A DNA stretch of 64,000 nucleotides from an uncultured Candidatus Saccharibacteria bacterium (GTDB lineage: Bacteria; Patescibacteriota; Minisyncoccia; Ryanbacterales; GWA2-47-10b). Location: NCBI GenBank assembly GCA_964356915.1, contig CAYHJF010000001.1, positions 215,011 to 279,010 of the forward strand. The letters run 5' to 3'. Each line of letters opens with the position of its first letter. Within the stretch, counting starts at the first letter, position 1. Under the pieces are notes generated by a model. It searched no databases. It was given only the letters and a program-made list of their open reading frames with translations, and was not told the DNA's origin. Below are positions 56,909-64,000 of this stretch, one piece after another. Made by a program: the position numbers and the translations under genes.

Positions 56909-57532
56909 ATGATACAAGTGGTTGGTTGTATGTTCGGAATGACAGCGCTTTTATTGGCGCTTGGAGTTCCACTATCCCCGCTAGAAGATGATTCCTGTAA
57001 GACTGAGGAAATTACCTCAGTGCCCCGTAGTGTCTACAGAGACCATCTCCTGGCAATATCAACTGTGCACCCAGATCTGCATACGGGCGATCTGGTTTGT
57101 AAAGTTCAATCTCATAGCGATCAGGATAGTAATCAGCCTCTTATATATGTTCATTCGGGTCAGGTAAAGCCTGCCAAGCCTCCTACAAAACCAAAGCCTT
57201 CACCGGTAGATACCGATGACGAGCCTGTGCATACCGCATTGGTAACCGTCACTGCGTATTCGTCGCGCGTTGGGGAAACTGATAGTACTCCATTTGTAAC
57301 CGCTTCGGGGAAGCGTGTTCGCTGGGGTATTGTCGCATCCAATGCATTTGAGTTTGGGACAAAGGTCAAATTTCCCGATCTTTTTGGGCAGCAGGTTTTC
57401 GTGGTCCAAGATCGCATGAATAAACGACACGGATCTAATCGGATGGATATTTGGTTTTCTAGCACGAGAGGTGCTCAAGAATTTGGTGCGCGCACAACGC
57501 GTGCTGAAATTATCGGACACCCCGATGTATAA
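56909..57532 (+). CDS. 3D-domain (MltA/YabE-like) cell-wall-associated protein
   Basis: VTVTAYSS...TASGKRVRWGIVA...GTKVKFP...VVQDRMNKRHGSNRMDIWF follows the 3D-domain pattern. Confidence 0.7.
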   Translation: MIQVVGCMFGMTALLLALGVPLSPLEDDSCKTEEITSVPRSVYRDHLLAISTVHPDLHTGDLVCKVQSHSDQDSNQPLIYVHSGQVKPAKPPTKPKPSPVDTDDEPVHTALVTVTAYSSRVGETDSTPFVTASGKRVRWGIVASNAFEFGTKVKFPDLFGQQVFVVQDRMNKRHGSNRMDIWFSSTRGAQEFGARTTRAEIIGHPDV

Positions 57533-57565
57533 GGGAGTACTGTGGTTTACCGCGGTCTCCCTTTT

Positions 57566-58252
57566 TTATGTGTCTTTCGCCGAGGGACACAATGCGTAGA
57601 GCGGACATGACTCGCATAGTGGTTGAGGTGCTTTGCAAAGAGCTCTTCCGTGCTCGATTATGTAATAGGTGAGGCGAAGCCACTCTTTTTTTGAGAAGAG
57701 AAGCATGAGTTCTTGCTCTATTTTTTCTGGTTTATCGGTTTCTACAAGGCCGAGGCGCTGGGAGATGCGTCCCACATGTGTATCTACTGCAATCCCATCA
57801 ACAACTCCATGAGCATTTCCGAGAACGACATTGGCGGTTTTCCGTGCAACGCCGTGCAGGAGGAGCATTTCCGGCATCGTACGGGGAACCTGACCTTTAA
57901 AGTCACGTTCAATAATACGCGCCGTTTCAATAATATGTCGAGCTTTTGCCCGGTAAAAGCCCGTCTGATAGATGAGTTTTTCAAGTTCTCTTTGAGATGC
58001 TTGAGCAAAGTCACGGGGCGTTTTAAGTTTCATAAAGAGCTTTGATGTAACTTCATTTACTTTTTTATCAGTACATTGAGCTGAGAGGATGACAGCTACA
58101 AGTAGCTGAAAGTCGGTCTTAAATATAAGGGCTATAGCGGCTTTTGGGTATGTTTTTTTGAGGCGACTTAAGATCTTTTGGGCGCGTTCTTTTTTTGCTT
58201 TTTGAGACTCCCGTGTAATCCACGGTTTGGTATATTTGCGGAAGCGGTCCAT
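57566..58252 (-). CDS. nth: endonuclease III
   Basis: HhH-GPD LLHGVARKTANVV; catalytic K and D; 4Fe-4S cluster C-x6-C-x2-C-x5-C at the C-terminus. Confidence 0.9.
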   Translation of the reverse strand: MDRFRKYTKPWITRESQKAKKERAQKILSRLKKTYPKAAIALIFKTDFQLLVAVILSAQCTDKKVNEVTSKLFMKLKTPRDFAQASQRELEKLIYQTGFYRAKARHIIETARIIERDFKGQVPRTMPEMLLLHGVARKTANVVLGNAHGVVDGIAVDTHVGRISQRLGLVETDKPEKIEQELMLLFSKKEWLRLTYYIIEHGRALCKAPQPLCESCPLYALCPSAKDT

Positions 58253-58271
58253 ATGGGTATACTCATACTAT

Positions 58272-58505
58272 ATGAAGAATGTAGCAATCTATACAACGCC
58301 CGTGTGCGTATACTGTCAAAAGACTAAAGATTTTTTCAAAAAACATAATATCCAATATACCGAATACAATGTTATCACCGATGAAAAGCGTCGTGATGAA
58401 ATGATTAGTCGTTCTGGTCAGATGGGCGTTCCAGTCATTGATATTGATGGAAAGCTCGTGCTTGGTTACGACGAACGAAGGCTTCGCGAGCTTTTAGAGG
58501 TCTAA
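58272..58505 (+). CDS. glutaredoxin/NrdH-like thiol-disulfide protein
   Basis: VAIYTTPVCVYCQKTKDF (CxxC)...GVPVIDIDGK. Confidence 0.8.
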   Translation: MKNVAIYTTPVCVYCQKTKDFFKKHNIQYTEYNVITDEKRRDEMISRSGQMGVPVIDIDGKLVLGYDERRLRELLEV

Positions 58506-58509
58506 TGAT

Positions 58510-59196
58510 ATGAAGCGTGGCGGCCAATATATCAAAGATATGGTGTATGGCGCCAACGACGGTATTATTACCACGTTTGCGGTCATCGCTGGAGCGGCAG
58601 GGGCATCGCTCGATGTATTTGCTGCCACAACTCTTGCTGTTGCCAATCTTTTGGCTGACGGTTTTTCGATGGCCGCGTCAGACTATTTAGGATCAAAATC
58701 AGAGGAGGATGTCACAGAAAGTGAATTTAAAGAAGAGGTAGTAGAAATTGATACAAAGCCTGACGTTGAACGGGGAGAGATGGTAGTGCTACTCAAGGAA
58801 CAGGGGTATGAAGATATTGACGCACAAGCGCTTACTGCGTTGATGTTTAAGAATAAGCATTTTTTTACTGATCTTATGATGCATGAGGAGCATAATTTAT
58901 CACTCCATGGTTCTGAGTCAGCGTCTCATTCTGCGCTCGTTACATTTTTTTCTTTTGTCTTTGCCGGCGCTATTCCACTAATCCCGCTTCTTTGGGTGCG
59001 GGATATTAAAATAGTATTTTATTATTCTATTGTGATGACAACCGCGACACTTTTTTGTGTCGGCGCGTTGCGTTCTATTGTTACGCGTCGAGGGCTTGTA
59101 TATTCTGGCCTTCAGATGCTTTTTGTAGGGGGAGTCGCGGCACTTCTTGCATATGGGATCGGTGCGTTATTGCGTGGGGTTATTGGCATAGTATAA
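58510..59196 (+). CDS. VIT1/CCC1 family metal (iron/manganese) transporter
   Basis: MVYGANDGIITTFAVIAGAAGA; a cytosolic acidic loop and C-terminal TM helices. Confidence 0.8.
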   Translation: MKRGGQYIKDMVYGANDGIITTFAVIAGAAGASLDVFAATTLAVANLLADGFSMAASDYLGSKSEEDVTESEFKEEVVEIDTKPDVERGEMVVLLKEQGYEDIDAQALTALMFKNKHFFTDLMMHEEHNLSLHGSESASHSALVTFFSFVFAGAIPLIPLLWVRDIKIVFYYSIVMTTATLFCVGALRSIVTRRGLVYSGLQMLFVGGVAALLAYGIGALLRGVIGIV

Positions 59197-59207
59197 AAAA
59201 TAAGCGG

Positions 59208-60269
59208 TTAGTTTTTTACTTTCCATTCTTTGAGTTCTATCGCAATGGAATGTTTCTCTTGGTCACGAAGGATGACGAGCATTATTTTTTCTCCGGGGGT
59301 TATCGTTTCGAGAATATCTTCCATAGTTTCTTTCTCGGTAATGGTACGTCCATTGCAAGAGAGGACGATATCTCCTTCGTGGATACCCGCGAGCGCTGCA
59401 GCGCTACCGGGAACGACCGCATGATCATCTGGCATTTGCTCGCGTACTACCAGAGCTCCATAATCAACGGGCAAGCGAAAGCGCGCCCCAAGTTCTTTAT
59501 TGAGAATGATATATCGTATGCCGAGGAATGGTCTGCGAATTCGTCCAAAGCGTTTAATGTCATGTAAATCTCGGCGAGCTTTTTCAATAGGGATTGCGAA
59601 GCCAATATTCTGTGCTCCAAAGATAACGGCTGAATTGATACCGATGACCTCGCCCGAAAGATTTACAAGTGGCCCGCCGGAATTACCTGGATTGATTGCC
59701 GCATCCGTTTGAATAAGTCCACGAAGTCTTTCTTGGGTTCCTGATATGTCATTAATTGCGGTGATGAGTCGTGAGAGTCCTGAGACAACTCCTGTTGAAA
59801 CGGAGCTTTCAAATTCACCAAGTGCATTTCCGATGGCGATAACAGTTTGGCCAAGTTTGAGTTCCTGAGAGTTACCAAGTTTTGCGACAGAGAATTTTTT
59901 TGGAGGAGTGATTTTGAGAATCGCAACATCGTGGATAGGATCTTGGGCGAGAATACGCACTTCACTCGGGATGCCATTTTGGTCAAAGGCAACATAGTGT
60001 GCGTCAGGATCGGTGATGACATGTCTGTTTGTTAGTACGAGTCCTTCTTCCGAAACAATAAATCCAGACCCGCCACCAAGGCGTACTTCTTCTGTTGACG
60101 TGTTTGGTGGGCGGATATCACGAAAGGGGAGTTCTGGTTCAAAGACGTTTGCAGCTTTTGTAATTGTGATCGATACGACTGAGGGCAAGATACGTTCGAC
60201 GGCCTCTACAATCTTTTCTTCATGTGGCATGAATGTAGTATAGCAAACTGCCGTGGCGTGAGCGTGCAA
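59208..60269 (-). CDS. HtrA/DegP family trypsin-like serine protease with one PDZ domain
   Basis: Catalytic triad context TNRHV, D, GNSGGPL. The start is uncertain: the track's first codon is TTG and an alternative ATG is at 60222. Confidence 0.8.
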   Translation of the reverse strand: MHAHATAVCYTTFMPHEEKIVEAVERILPSVVSITITKAANVFEPELPFRDIRPPNTSTEEVRLGGGSGFIVSEEGLVLTNRHVITDPDAHYVAFDQNGIPSEVRILAQDPIHDVAILKITPPKKFSVAKLGNSQELKLGQTVIAIGNALGEFESSVSTGVVSGLSRLITAINDISGTQERLRGLIQTDAAINPGNSGGPLVNLSGEVIGINSAVIFGAQNIGFAIPIEKARRDLHDIKRFGRIRRPFLGIRYIILNKELGARFRLPVDYGALVVREQMPDDHAVVPGSAAALAGIHEGDIVLSCNGRTITEKETMEDILETITPGEKIMLVILRDQEKHSIAIELKEWKVKN

Positions 60270-60294
60270 ATAATGATTTAATAGCTGTGTATTT

Positions 60295-60366
60295 CCCCTC
60301 GTAGCTCAATGGATAGAGCAGCTCCGTCCTAAGGAGACGATGGAGGTTCGATTCCTTCCGAGGGGA
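60295..60366 (+). tRNA. tRNA-Arg (anticodon CCT), unusual C1:G72 pair
   Basis: Acceptor CCCCTCG/CGAGGGG, anticodon stem GCTCC/GGAGA with loop GTCCTAA, T-arm GGAGG-TTCGATT-CCTTC. Confidence 0.65.
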
Positions 60367-60380
60367 CAGTTAAGGCTCGT

Positions 60381-61832
60381 ATGCATCTATCAAATACAGT
60401 AAGAGTTGGTATCTCTATCGCCGTGGGGGCGCTTTTTTTCTTTATTCTTAGCGCAACCATGGATCTTGACAATTGGTGGTATTTGAGTGGCGGACGTTTA
60501 ATAAGTGAACAGCATGACGTACCGCGTCTTGATAATGCGAGTTTTGTAGTACAAAACTTTCCAATTATTGACCACGAGTGGCTACCGAATTGGTTACTTT
60601 GGCTTGCGTGGTCAAATGATCTTTGGGTGCTTGCTGTTTTAGTGGCGACGGCATGCGCTAGTATTCCCTTTATTGTTTGGATATTTCGAGCTCGATCGTG
60701 GGTTGATATATGGATTATTGTGTGCGCAGTCGCGAGTATGATTTTTTTTGTGAGTATGCGTAATTATCTTATTTCATTCGCGCTTTTTTTTGTTGTGAGT
60801 GAGATACTGCGAATGAGATACGAGGTTGGTGCTGTGTCAAAGTATTTTTTATTTATGCCTATAATATTTTTTCTTTGGGCAAATACCCACGGAGGATTCG
60901 TAATTGGGCTCGTGTTGTGGGTGGTTTATGTGGGCACGTATTATGGTCTTGAGCGCCAAAGAGATTATGCGTGGCAAGATTTTTTGATTTTCTTTATTAG
61001 CGTTGCGCTTACGTTTGTAAATCCCTACGGGTGGAGATTGTACGAAGAAGTTATCGGTGCCAATGTGTCGAGAGCGGTTCTTGGGTATATTAAAGAATGG
61101 CGTCCGGGGTTTGAGATTGTTAGTTTTTTTGGTGCATTTTTTGTCGGGCTTGTTATGTCAGTGTGCGTGTTGTGGCGAAAACGGGTGCGGCCGATTATTA
61201 TAGCTCCCGTTGTTTTATTTTTTATTTTTTTCATGAAACTCGCACGGATGGGACCGTTTTTTTATCTCATATCAATACCGCTTTTATTTTCTGTTTCTGA
61301 AGATATCCGGCCGCATATTTCTCGCAAAATACTTTCCATTTTATTTTTTGGAGTATTTGTCTACATTACATTTTTTATCGTGACGCTCGAACGGCCTCCA
61401 CTACCATCTGCACAAGCCGTTGAGTCATTAAGAAATACTGACCGTGGTAACACGTGGAATGATTTTGAGTGGGGAAGTGTTTTACGGTTTTATATACCAG
61501 AAAAGAAAATATTTATTGATAGCAGGATGGGACGATGGGCTGATGCTCGAGGGGTGTCGGTACTGCAGACATATGCAGATGTCCTGACCGTTCCTCAGTA
61601 TTGGAAAAAAGTTTTCTATGATTACAATATAGATACAGTTTTTTTAGCGCGACGAATAGATGATGGAGGTAAGAATTTTGTAGAGCGATGGTTTGCTTTT
61701 GCAGAGTACAGTCCAGATGTTGATCTTGAGCGCGAATTAATACGAGATGATTGGGAGGTAGTCTATCAGGATAGTACGGCCATAGTGTTGCAGTATCGCG
61801 GAAAGGGTATCTGTGAGGAGTACGGGAGGTAA
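60381..61832 (+). CDS. polytopic membrane protein, possibly GT-C-fold glycosyltransferase (GT39/83-like) with C-terminal extracytoplasmic domain
   Basis: About 11 TM helices followed by a ~140-aa soluble tail; the family call is tentative. Confidence 0.45.
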   Translation: MHLSNTVRVGISIAVGALFFFILSATMDLDNWWYLSGGRLISEQHDVPRLDNASFVVQNFPIIDHEWLPNWLLWLAWSNDLWVLAVLVATACASIPFIVWIFRARSWVDIWIIVCAVASMIFFVSMRNYLISFALFFVVSEILRMRYEVGAVSKYFLFMPIIFFLWANTHGGFVIGLVLWVVYVGTYYGLERQRDYAWQDFLIFFISVALTFVNPYGWRLYEEVIGANVSRAVLGYIKEWRPGFEIVSFFGAFFVGLVMSVCVLWRKRVRPIIIAPVVLFFIFFMKLARMGPFFYLISIPLLFSVSEDIRPHISRKILSILFFGVFVYITFFIVTLERPPLPSAQAVESLRNTDRGNTWNDFEWGSVLRFYIPEKKIFIDSRMGRWADARGVSVLQTYADVLTVPQYWKKVFYDYNIDTVFLARRIDDGGKNFVERWFAFAEYSPDVDLERELIRDDWEVVYQDSTAIVLQYRGKGICEEYGR

Positions 61833-61843
61833 TATGATTGTTT

Positions 61844-63466
61844 TCAGGCTTTAAGTTTGGTACCGTGTATTTTTAAGGGCCCATAGTTCAGTGGTAGAAT
61901 GCATCCATGGCATGGATGAGGTCGGAGTTCGATTCTCCGTGGGTCCACAGTAGTTGATTTATTGGCAACAAATTGCCGATTCATCTCGTAAATACAACCT
62001 AGTTTTGCGGTCTGATAACCTTCGTCTCGGATGTATGGAATACCTGCAGGAAAAACAAGCCTTTGGAACCCAACTTTTAATTCAGGTGCCAACTCTTTCC
62101 AGAAACGTGGAAGATTTTCGATTTGTGCAACAGCGTAATTGGTAAGAGCTTCGACGTCATACTGCTCGATTCTACATTCGCTCATTGAGATTTTCACTAC
62201 GGCAATTTTGTTTTCTACTTCTTCTTTACGCTCCTTAAATTCTTCTGGCGTATAGCTGTCATCTTCACGCATTTCATAAACACGCTTGCGTTTCTTTTCG
62301 AGTGCATCAAGCTGCGCTTTGTACTGATCGGCTTTGAATTCGTACATACCTGCCTGTGCCTTCCATTCGGCAATTACACTTGCTTTGAAAAGTTTGAGAA
62401 ACTTTTCTTTTGGTGTTATTGATCCGAGGTGGGCTGCAAATTTCTTTGTCATTGTATCTGCCGAGATCATTTTTGAGCGCATGGGGCACCCTTTTGTTTG
62501 GCAGTGGTAGTAGGGATAAGTGCCGCCATTGCCTTTTGAGCAACTGGCCGTGAGTGGTCGCGTGCAAGTGTTGCAAAGTACCGTACGGCGAAGCGGAAAT
62601 AGAGGGTTAAATTTATTACGGACAGGGAGTATTTTTTTACCCAAACGAATTTGTTGAATACGGTACATTTCTTCCTGTGTAATCATTGGTATATGCTTGC
62701 CCACTATATACTGATCACTGCCCTCTGCATTCGGCCAGGGGTTTACAAGTAGGCCAGCGTAAAAATGGAGCTGTCTGCCAAGGATTTTATCCATTGTTTG
62801 CAAACTCACATTCTTCATACCAAGCAAGGTGTGTAAGCCGTCCTTCTCAAGCATCCGGGCTATTTCTGCTTGGCTATACGTGCCTTTTGCGTATTCTTTT
62901 AGAGCTTTTTGGATAATAGAAAATGAGCGATTGTCAGGCTTATCGGGCTCTGTTTTTTTGAGGCCATGCTTCTTGTTTTGGGCACACTTATATCCCATCG
63001 GAGGTTTCCACGGCCAGATACCTTGTTTGAGTTTTGCTGCCATACCACCCATACATCTTTGGCGACGAATAGAATTATCGAATTCAGCAAAACCAGCAAG
63101 AATGGTCTCGAAAAGTTTTTGAGACGGGTCATTGCCAATCGGTTCGGTAACGGAATGCAACGTAACATTGTAATTACTCAAAGTCTTGCGAACGTAAAAA
63201 TGATCCTCTGCATTTCTGGCGAAGCGGTCACATTTGTACACCACAAACGCATCTATCCTTCCTTGATTTTTTCGGCAAAACTCAATTGCATTCAAAAACT
63301 CCTCGCGGTTATCGGTTTTTGCTGATGCACCTTCTTCGCGGAATTCTTTTAAAATTTCAATGCCACGTTCCGCGCAATAGCGACGGCACGCTTCATCCTG
63401 CGTATCGAGTGATGTTCCTTGTACCTGTTCCTCGCTCGATACTCTTGTATAAATAATTCCTTTCAT
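61844..63466 (-). CDS. large serine recombinase (resolvase domain + recombinase domain + zinc ribbon)
   Basis: MKGIIYTRVSSEEQ with catalytic Ser; CxxC...CxxC zinc ribbon near aa 300-330. The last ~34 codons are antisense read-through of tRNA-Ala. Confidence 0.85.
   Translation of the reverse strand: MKGIIYTRVSSEEQVQGTSLDTQDEACRRYCAERGIEILKEFREEGASAKTDNREEFLNAIEFCRKNQGRIDAFVVYKCDRFARNAEDHFYVRKTLSNYNVTLHSVTEPIGNDPSQKLFETILAGFAEFDNSIRRQRCMGGMAAKLKQGIWPWKPPMGYKCAQNKKHGLKKTEPDKPDNRSFSIIQKALKEYAKGTYSQAEIARMLEKDGLHTLLGMKNVSLQTMDKILGRQLHFYAGLLVNPWPNAEGSDQYIVGKHIPMITQEEMYRIQQIRLGKKILPVRNKFNPLFPLRRTVLCNTCTRPLTASCSKGNGGTYPYYHCQTKGCPMRSKMISADTMTKKFAAHLGSITPKEKFLKLFKASVIAEWKAQAGMYEFKADQYKAQLDALEKKRKRVYEMREDDSYTPEEFKERKEEVENKIAVVKISMSECRIEQYDVEALTNYAVAQIENLPRFWKELAPELKVGFQRLVFPAGIPYIRDEGYQTAKLGCIYEMNRQFVANKSTTVDPRRIELRPHPCHGCILPLNYGPLKIHGTKLKA
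61877..61947 (+). tRNA. tRNA-Ala (anticodon GGC); integration target
   Basis: Acceptor GGGCCCA/TGGGTCC with one G-U pair, anticodon stem CATCC/GGATG with loop ATGGCAT, T-arm CGGAG-TTCGATT-CTCCG. Confidence 0.8.
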
Positions 63467-64000
63467 AAAACTTAAAGGGACGGTCGTGGTTGATCCAAAT
63501 CCACTTTCCCGAAGGATTGCTTCATCGGCACGGCCGCCCCTTTAGGCAGACGAAGCAATAAAAAAACCTTCGGATATTTATAGATCTGGATCAACGCTAT
63601 AAATATAACATTTTTGATAATCATATAGAAGTGGATTGTGGATTTCTTAAAGCCTGTTCTTTTCTCAACCGCTCAAGCGTTTTATTCATAACCTTTTGGA
63701 GTTCTATCTGTTGGTGGGCAAGGTATCGGGCATCTTCTTGCGCCAGATCAATGCGCTTGATATTATGTATGCGTTTTCGAGAGTTTCCATCCCAAACGTC
63801 GCTTTCCAAGCGCTCTTCTTCTGTAATGGCGTTTTGGCGGTTCAGGAGGTGCTTTTCAACGATGGTAGCTCTGCGCAATCTCCACCCACATACAATAAGT
63901 TTTTCAGCGAGTAAATCTTGAACTTTTGTTTGAGGATATAGTTCCTTAAGCATGTCTGTGCGAAAAATCTCGAATTCCCGAGTGTTTTCTCCTGAAATTA
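61948..64000. mobile_element. left end of an integrated element at the tRNA-Ala 3' end (serine-recombinase type; extends beyond the window)
   Basis: A tRNA gene immediately abutted by a divergently oriented large serine recombinase gene; the opposite boundary is not in the window. Confidence 0.55.
63621..63953 (-). CDS. hypothetical protein of integrated element
   Basis: 110-aa ORF downstream of the recombinase side; the coding strand continues to the window end. Confidence 0.45.
   Translation of the reverse strand: MLKELYPQTKVQDLLAEKLIVCGWRLRRATIVEKHLLNRQNAITEEERLESDVWDGNSRKRIHNIKRIDLAQEDARYLAHQQIELQKVMNKTLERLRKEQALRNPQSTSI

Noticed and set aside
61844-61949. C-terminal 34 residues of the serine recombinase ORF (…RRIELRPHPCHGCILPLNYGPLKIHGTKLKA).
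   Set aside because: This stretch is the antisense translation of tRNA-Ala, i.e. read-through into the att site rather than a conserved protein segment.

Overview
This 64 kb chromosomal window from a low-GC (~43-48 %) bacterium is gene-dense and uses the standard genetic code. It opens with the 3' end of dnaN, so the window lies just downstream of the dnaA-dnaN origin region (inference). Most of the window is housekeeping. DNA replication and repair genes include dnaN, holA, polA, uvrB, nth and ruvC-yebC...ruvB, with ruvA about 11 kb away. Cell-wall genes include a class A PBP, a Mur ligase, uppS, an S41 peptidase, a 3D-domain protein and htrA. Translation genes include valS, tsaD, tsaE, rpsT, rplS, an RluA-family synthase and a SpoU methyltransferase. 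There is a two-component pair, an ECF sigma factor, a MacAB-like tripartite efflux system and a PilB/GspE ATPase. I found ten tRNA genes: Arg-CCG, Val-TAC, Phe-GAA, Glu-TTC, Val-GAC, Leu-GAG, His-GTG with an encoded G-1, Arg-CCT and Ala-GGC. I saw no rRNA and no CRISPR array. Small genes, standalone domain proteins, giant surface proteins and a lone pilB are compatible with a small-genome lineage such as CPR/Patescibacteria; that is a weak inference. Three things stand out. (i) Two compositionally atypical, fully self-contained expression cassettes, each with a consensus sigma70 promoter, a strong SD, an ORF and an intrinsic terminator. One encodes a 60 %-GC lipoprotein at 8.9-9.5 kb. The other encodes a 152-aa arginine-rich protein wedged between tRNA genes at 23.2-23.7 kb, next to a scar-like duplication of the tRNA-Phe 3' end. 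(ii) A gene pair encoding a PolB-type DEDDy 3'-5' exonuclease fused to a WYL domain and a DUF458 RNase H-like protein. (iii) The left end of an integrated element at tRNA-Ala, carrying a large serine recombinase that reads antisense through the tRNA; the element continues beyond the window. Other notable items are a membrane-anchored ClpA/B-like AAA+ protein with a degenerate D1 domain, a sigma54-type enhancer-binding protein with an N-terminal Cys4 module, and two giant secreted proteins (one with five TSP3-like Ca-binding repeats, one PQQ-propeller-PKD-4xPA14). There is also a low-GC islet with 23-bp direct repeats after tRNA-Leu, a GC-rich structured 275-bp spacer and a 620-bp AT-rich spacer. 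All calls rest on motif recognition by eye; no database search was run.
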